DNA of 64,000 nucleotides from a virus (Duplodnaviria; Heunggongvirae; Uroviricota; Caudoviricetes): IMG/VR virus record IMGVR_UViG_2537562189_000009; one strand, 5' to 3'. Shown piece by piece: positions 60,194 to 64,000 of this stretch (position 1 is its first letter; each line of letters starts with the position of its first letter). The notes under the pieces were generated by a model. It saw only the letters and a program-made list of their open reading frames with translations, ran no database searches and was not told where the DNA came from. The position numbers and the translations under genes were made by a program.

Positions 60194-61899
60194 CAGTGTG
60201 CCATCCAGTGTGTGGTTCTGCGTTTATCCGTTTTCTGTTTTACCCTCACCGGCATTCTGGCGCGCATCTCCTGGGCAATCATGTAGCTCATGAGCTGATC
60301 ATCAAAGCAGCCTTCCTGTGCATTCATGGAGCCTTTCGCGTCATAAACGTAGGTGTTCATTTCCGATAATGTGCCTGACCAGCGGATACCTGATATTCCA
60401 TTATTCAGGAGCGTTTTCATTCCTTCGGTCAGAACAGGTTTGCTCTGACGGGTTGTCAGCCAGCCAAGGCGGGGCGTATCGTCGTCATATGCCTGGTCAA
60501 GATGCTGTTCGTTGTAGATATAACGTGTCGGATAGAGTTCCCGGAGTTTCAGGATAACTGCATGTCCGTGATTATTACGCTCCGGCCCCACAAACGCGTT
60601 GTTATACATACGACAGACCTGCGAAATGAGATGAGCAAAAAGTTCAGCATCGAGATGCCCGAACCAGTGAGCCACCTGCTCGCCATTACTGCGTTTGACA
60701 ACATCCAGCGATGAGCGGTCTCCGTGCTCCAGCCCTTCGGCAGTATCTGCCCCACAAACATACTCTTCATCCGGATCCGGCAGTTCCCATACCAGCAGAT
60801 AATTCATCAGCGTCCGCTGCAACTCGTTTTTATTTCCTTCACGCAGAGACTGAGCTTTAGTCTTCGCTCCTGTAACAGGTTCAATGTCATAAACAATCAT
60901 CGGTGGCGAACAGAATGATTCTGCCTGCAATGTACTTTCGGCACTGAACACACGTCGTCCGGACGTCAGAAACGCCTCCTGTGGCGTTGAGGGAAACTCC
61001 TGCTTCATTTCCTTACGCTGTTCAGTTTCCTTACTGATGTACCACTGCTTCTGCTCATCGGTAAGCGTGATGTTCATTGCCTTCTCAACCGCAGAAAAAT
61101 ACGTCATTTTTTCCCGTGACAGCTTCAGCCCGCTTTCAGGCACTCTGGCGCTGTATTTAGGATCCTGCCACCATGCGTAAAAATGGAATTTATAATCCTG
61201 TGCCGTCAGCAATAAGCCTGATGCAGTGCTCTCCTGTGCACGGTTACTCATCTCGTAAAAATCACCACCCACGCCTTCAGCCGTGGATTCATCAAAAATA
61301 ATGCATTCATCAGAGACGGCATTAAGCGTACCGGTTCGCAGCTCTTTCGCCTTAGCCGGATATTTCGCGCAAATTTTGCCGTGCTCTGAGATATGCAGGC
61401 GCTGCACCGTACCTGAGCGAAATGAGGTTGCCACCTGAATACTCGAGCCGTGACCAAACAGGATATAGCCACCGCTGGCACCGCTACGACGTTCAACGAT
61501 GGTGAATGAGGCTCTCAGCCAGTCAGGGAGATGATCAAACGGTACAGCAATTTTTGTGCGGAAAATTTCACTGGCAGCCTGTTTATCCTGAGCGACGATC
61601 CCGCATTTGAGATGCGGAATGAATAATGCCTGGTCGAGAAGATAAATATCAATGGCTGTGGAAAATCCCAGCTGGCGCGCTTTCAGGATAATGTTTTTAT
61701 TATGCATGTTACGAAACAACTGACGTTGCGCCGGTCGCATTCTGAAGGTGACCAGTTCACCTTTTTCGTTCTGTATTTTGTAGAGATGATTGAGGCGCCA
61801 CCAGGGATTGCTCAGTTTTGTCATAATGAACAGACGTTGTTCGGTCTCAGTCATTTCTGCAGGTTCATCACATCGCGTTTTATTCTTCCGGAATGTCAT
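60193..61899 (-). CDS. Terminase large subunit (568 aa)
   Basis: ATPase motifs (KARQLGFST Walker A-like, CIIFDES Walker B-like) and C-terminal nuclease-like acidic motifs; overlaps small-subunit gene end. Confidence 0.8.
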   Translation of the reverse strand: MTFRKNKTRCDEPAEMTETEQRLFIMTKLSNPWWRLNHLYKIQNEKGELVTFRMRPAQRQLFRNMHNKNIILKARQLGFSTAIDIYLLDQALFIPHLKCGIVAQDKQAASEIFRTKIAVPFDHLPDWLRASFTIVERRSGASGGYILFGHGSSIQVATSFRSGTVQRLHISEHGKICAKYPAKAKELRTGTLNAVSDECIIFDESTAEGVGGDFYEMSNRAQESTASGLLLTAQDYKFHFYAWWQDPKYSARVPESGLKLSREKMTYFSAVEKAMNITLTDEQKQWYISKETEQRKEMKQEFPSTPQEAFLTSGRRVFSAESTLQAESFCSPPMIVYDIEPVTGAKTKAQSLREGNKNELQRTLMNYLLVWELPDPDEEYVCGADTAEGLEHGDRSSLDVVKRSNGEQVAHWFGHLDAELFAHLISQVCRMYNNAFVGPERNNHGHAVILKLRELYPTRYIYNEQHLDQAYDDDTPRLGWLTTRQSKPVLTEGMKTLLNNGISGIRWSGTLSEMNTYVYDAKGSMNAQEGCFDDQLMSYMIAQEMRARMPVRVKQKTDKRRTTHWMAH

Positions 61900-62686
61900 C
61901 CAGTCTCCCCGAATTACTCATTTCATGCAGCGATGACACGATGTCACTGACTGGCGTAATAACACCCCGGCGCTGGCTGGTCAGAATATCGGTTTCCGCT
62001 CTGAGTTTATCTCTGGCGGCGTTGATTCTTTCCCGGTCAGCACGAAGTTTTGGTGCTGTCTCAGCCAGGACGTCCAGCGTCAGCAATGAGCGTTCAATTG
62101 ACTCGATACGGGCAATATTCCGGTCAAGGGCCTGTTCAGCTTTGAGTATTTTGTCGTAAAGAGCAACGCGGGTTTCCACGTCAGTTGCCTCTTCCAGGTC
62201 GGCGAACATCCCTTTAAGTGCCTTAGTTACTGAAAGTGCGCGGGCCCGGGTGAACACCAGTTCATCGAACAGCACCATGTCGGACGCATCATCCATGAGG
62301 TTATCTGCCTCAAGATACTTCGCATATCCACGGTGTCTTACGGCGTGGGTGTTTCGCTGAGAAAAAGCGTTTGAAGGAGGTAAAAGTCGGGAACCACGAA
62401 TCCGTTTCGTTTCTGCCGAATTTGCGCAGTTTTTTTCAGAGTTTTTTGCGCATTTTTCATCGTCGGAACACGCGTCATTGCTGGGTTCTTCATCTGAGAT
62501 GTCATGATCGATTTCATGATCGGTTTTATGATCAATTTCATGATCGATTTTGCCCATTTTTATACGGGTTCTGGCGGTGTTGTAATTAATCTTTTTCTTC
62601 CGGCACCAGTCCAGTAATGTTATTCCCGTTTCGGCATGTTCGCGTCGGAATGCCTGCTCCAGCTTTTTCCAGTCCAGCTTTGCCAT
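61880..62686 (-). CDS. Terminase small subunit (268 aa) with internal 12-bp tandem repeats
   Basis: N-terminal HTH-like ITLLDWCRKKKINYNTARTRI; position upstream of the large subunit; repeats at 62504-62551 encode (I/T)DH(E/K/D) units. Confidence 0.6.
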   Translation of the reverse strand: MAKLDWKKLEQAFRREHAETGITLLDWCRKKKINYNTARTRIKMGKIDHEIDHKTDHEIDHDISDEEPSNDACSDDEKCAKNSEKNCANSAETKRIRGSRLLPPSNAFSQRNTHAVRHRGYAKYLEADNLMDDASDMVLFDELVFTRARALSVTKALKGMFADLEEATDVETRVALYDKILKAEQALDRNIARIESIERSLLTLDVLAETAPKLRADRERINAARDKLRAETDILTSQRRGVITPVSDIVSSLHEMSNSGRLDDIPEE

Positions 62687-62985
62687 GTCACTTTCTGACG
62701 TCCTCTGTTAAAAACTGACGCATAATGACCGCTGTGATTTTTCAGAATTCACACAGCAGCGCCATACTTGATCGATATTTGTACAATGAGGTTGTTTTAT
62801 CCGGTTTCTTCCACCACCGCACCGGACAGGCGGCTTCGCGGGAAATCGCTCCCATCTCGTGAAAAATGAGAAAACCCGGTGTGCATCGTTTTTGATTACC
62901 CCCGCACACTCACGCAGATAAGGTGGCTGCGGTCTCTGTTTATGCGGGAATACGGCGACGATACGGCGCATCAGCAAAACTTAGT

Positions 62986-63447
62986 TCAGCACTGAGTGCG
63001 GATATAGTCCTGTGCCCCTTCCAGCTGCTTCTGCATCAGCATCAACCGCTCTCTGAGAGTGAAATAATCCCGTTCAACTGTGTCTGCCAGTCGGGGGGCG
63101 GTTGCATTATCCACGCCGGAGGTGGTGGGGGCTTCACGCACGGTACCGGAGCAGGTGGCGTTGATCCGCAGGCGCTTACGACCAGCGGCAACATCAGCGC
63201 GCAGAGTTTCATTTTCAGCTCTCGCATCGGCTAATTCCCTTGAGTATCTGGCATCAAGCGCAGCAACATCACGCTGGCGCTGCTGCATGTCAGTAATGGT
63301 TGCGTTTGCTAGCTCCAGCTCTCTGGCTTTTTTATCGCGCTGCGCTTTGTAGGTGATGGCGTTATCGCGGTAATGATTCAGCCCTAGACTAAGCGCACCA
63401 CAGGCCACCAGCAGTACAATAATCACCACATACAGAATACGGTTCAT
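62986..63447 (-). CDS. Spanin inner-membrane subunit Rz (153 aa)
   Basis: [39 protein letters not shown]... closely resembles lambda Rz from memory. Confidence 0.85.
   Translation of the reverse strand: MNRILYVVIIVLLVACGALSLGLNHYRDNAITYKAQRDKKARELELANATITDMQQRQRDVAALDARYSRELADARAENETLRADVAAGRKRLRINATCSGTVREAPTTSGVDNATAPRLADTVERDYFTLRERLMLMQKQLEGAQDYIRTQC
63042..63227 (-). CDS. Spanin outer-membrane lipoprotein Rz1 (61 aa), embedded in Rz in the +1 frame
   Basis: Lipobox LVVSAC and proline-rich [20 protein letters not shown], as in lambda Rz1. Confidence 0.85.
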   Translation of the reverse strand: MRELKMKLCALMLPLVVSACGSTPPAPVPCVKPPPPPAWIMQPPPDWQTQLNGIISLSESG

Positions 63448-63518
63448 ATCACCACCAGCGAATTGCCCGGACCAGTACAGCAATTTCATTACTCATCTGT
63501 TTAAATAAAGTTCACGAT

Positions 63519-63761
63519 TTCAGCGCAATGACCAGTTTTGCCAGCCCATACAGTATCGGAGACACAGCGATACCAACCGCCACCCACTTAATAGCAAAGC
63601 CAGCGCTCTGCTGATGTCATCAGTCACTGTTACCCCAGCATCCCCGACGAAGACAACATCATCCAGGGCAGGAAAAGAAAAATAGCAACCAGCATTAGTG
63701 AAAATGAAATGCCGACGATTACACAGAGGATCTTCGCCAGCGTTATGAGTTTGTCTGACAT
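63519..63761 (-). pseudogene. Frameshifted small membrane-protein gene upstream of Rz (possible holin remnant)
   Basis: ATG at 63761 encodes a 43-aa TM peptide then stops; a second hydrophobic segment (...AGFAIKWVAVGIAVSPILYGLAKLVIALKS) continues in another frame. Confidence 0.3.
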
Positions 63762-64000
63762 AGCTACCCCTTAATTGCCACAATTAACTGGGATACCCCC
63801 CATAAAAAAGGGATGCTCCAGACCAGCAAAAACTTCCAGTTTGGTAATTGACTAATCATGAGTCGCAACTCCCTAATCAGTTTGCTAAAATCAATCAAGG
63901 CAGCCACCCATAGCTTACTGCCATAAACACAAAACCCCGCTTGCTGCCAAAAACGGGGTTTTTACTTTTATTCACTTAGGTTTTGCCAGTTCGCAGGATT

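Larger units (their letters stand above)
26833..64000. mobile_element. Second lambdoid prophage (accessory-gene end and late/structural module) inserted in ynfG; continues beyond the window
   Basis: Contiguous phage genes from the ynfG break to the window end (antirepressor ... tail, head, terminase, Rz/Rz1); no tape-measure, tube or sheath genes, so a short-tailed type is inferred. Confidence 0.8.

Noticed and set aside
63520-63783. 87-aa ORF from the track as a lysis gene
   Set aside because: Product has no membrane or enzymatic character; the hydrophobic peptides in the other two frames look like the real, frameshifted, gene.
1-64000. CRISPR arrays, rRNA genes, IS elements or transposases
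   Set aside because: No repeat-spacer periodicity, no rRNA-like conserved stretches and no transposase-like ORF were seen; the only mobile DNA recognised is the two prophages.

Overview
Read by eye, this window looks like an Escherichia coli-type chromosome segment with two lambdoid prophage segments flanking a core-genome block; no similarity search or profile comparison was run, so all family assignments rest on motifs and remembered homologs. (1) 1-16467: the early/regulatory half of a Qin/DicB-type lambdoid prophage (Q, rusA, ydfU-like, rem, hok, replication genes, dicC/dicA immunity, ydfA-ydfBC-dicF-dicB-ydfD operon, DEDDh exonuclease, xis, int), with two phage tRNAs and a pR'/tR'-like promoter-terminator pair downstream of Q. 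Inside it, between hok and the replication genes, sits a visibly AT-rich 3.4 kb cargo island (4515-7878) carrying a tightly coupled four-gene operon built around an SMC/ABC-like P-loop ATPase; I regard this as the best candidate for an undescribed phage-defence system. (2) 16655-26832: core genes rspB, rspA, ynfA, ynfB, speG, ynfC, ynfD, ynfE, ynfF and a ynfG fragment cut off after codon 28. (3) 26833-64000: one end of a second prophage inserted in ynfG, with accessory genes (antirepressor, TraR-type zinc finger, ead/Ea22-like, DUF551-like, hok, YgiW-like), a giant 2807-aa virion ORF with an HExxH motif, a moron island (Eib-like trimeric autotransporter, unlisted hokA-like toxin, Ail/Lom-like porin), a tail/head/terminase module with no tape-measure or sheath genes (short-tailed type, inferred) and Rz/Rz1. 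Other structure: a 616/614 bp tandem duplication of the hok-rem module, inverted homologous hok loci in the two prophages, and DicA-operator-like palindromes. No CRISPR array, rRNA or IS element was recognised.
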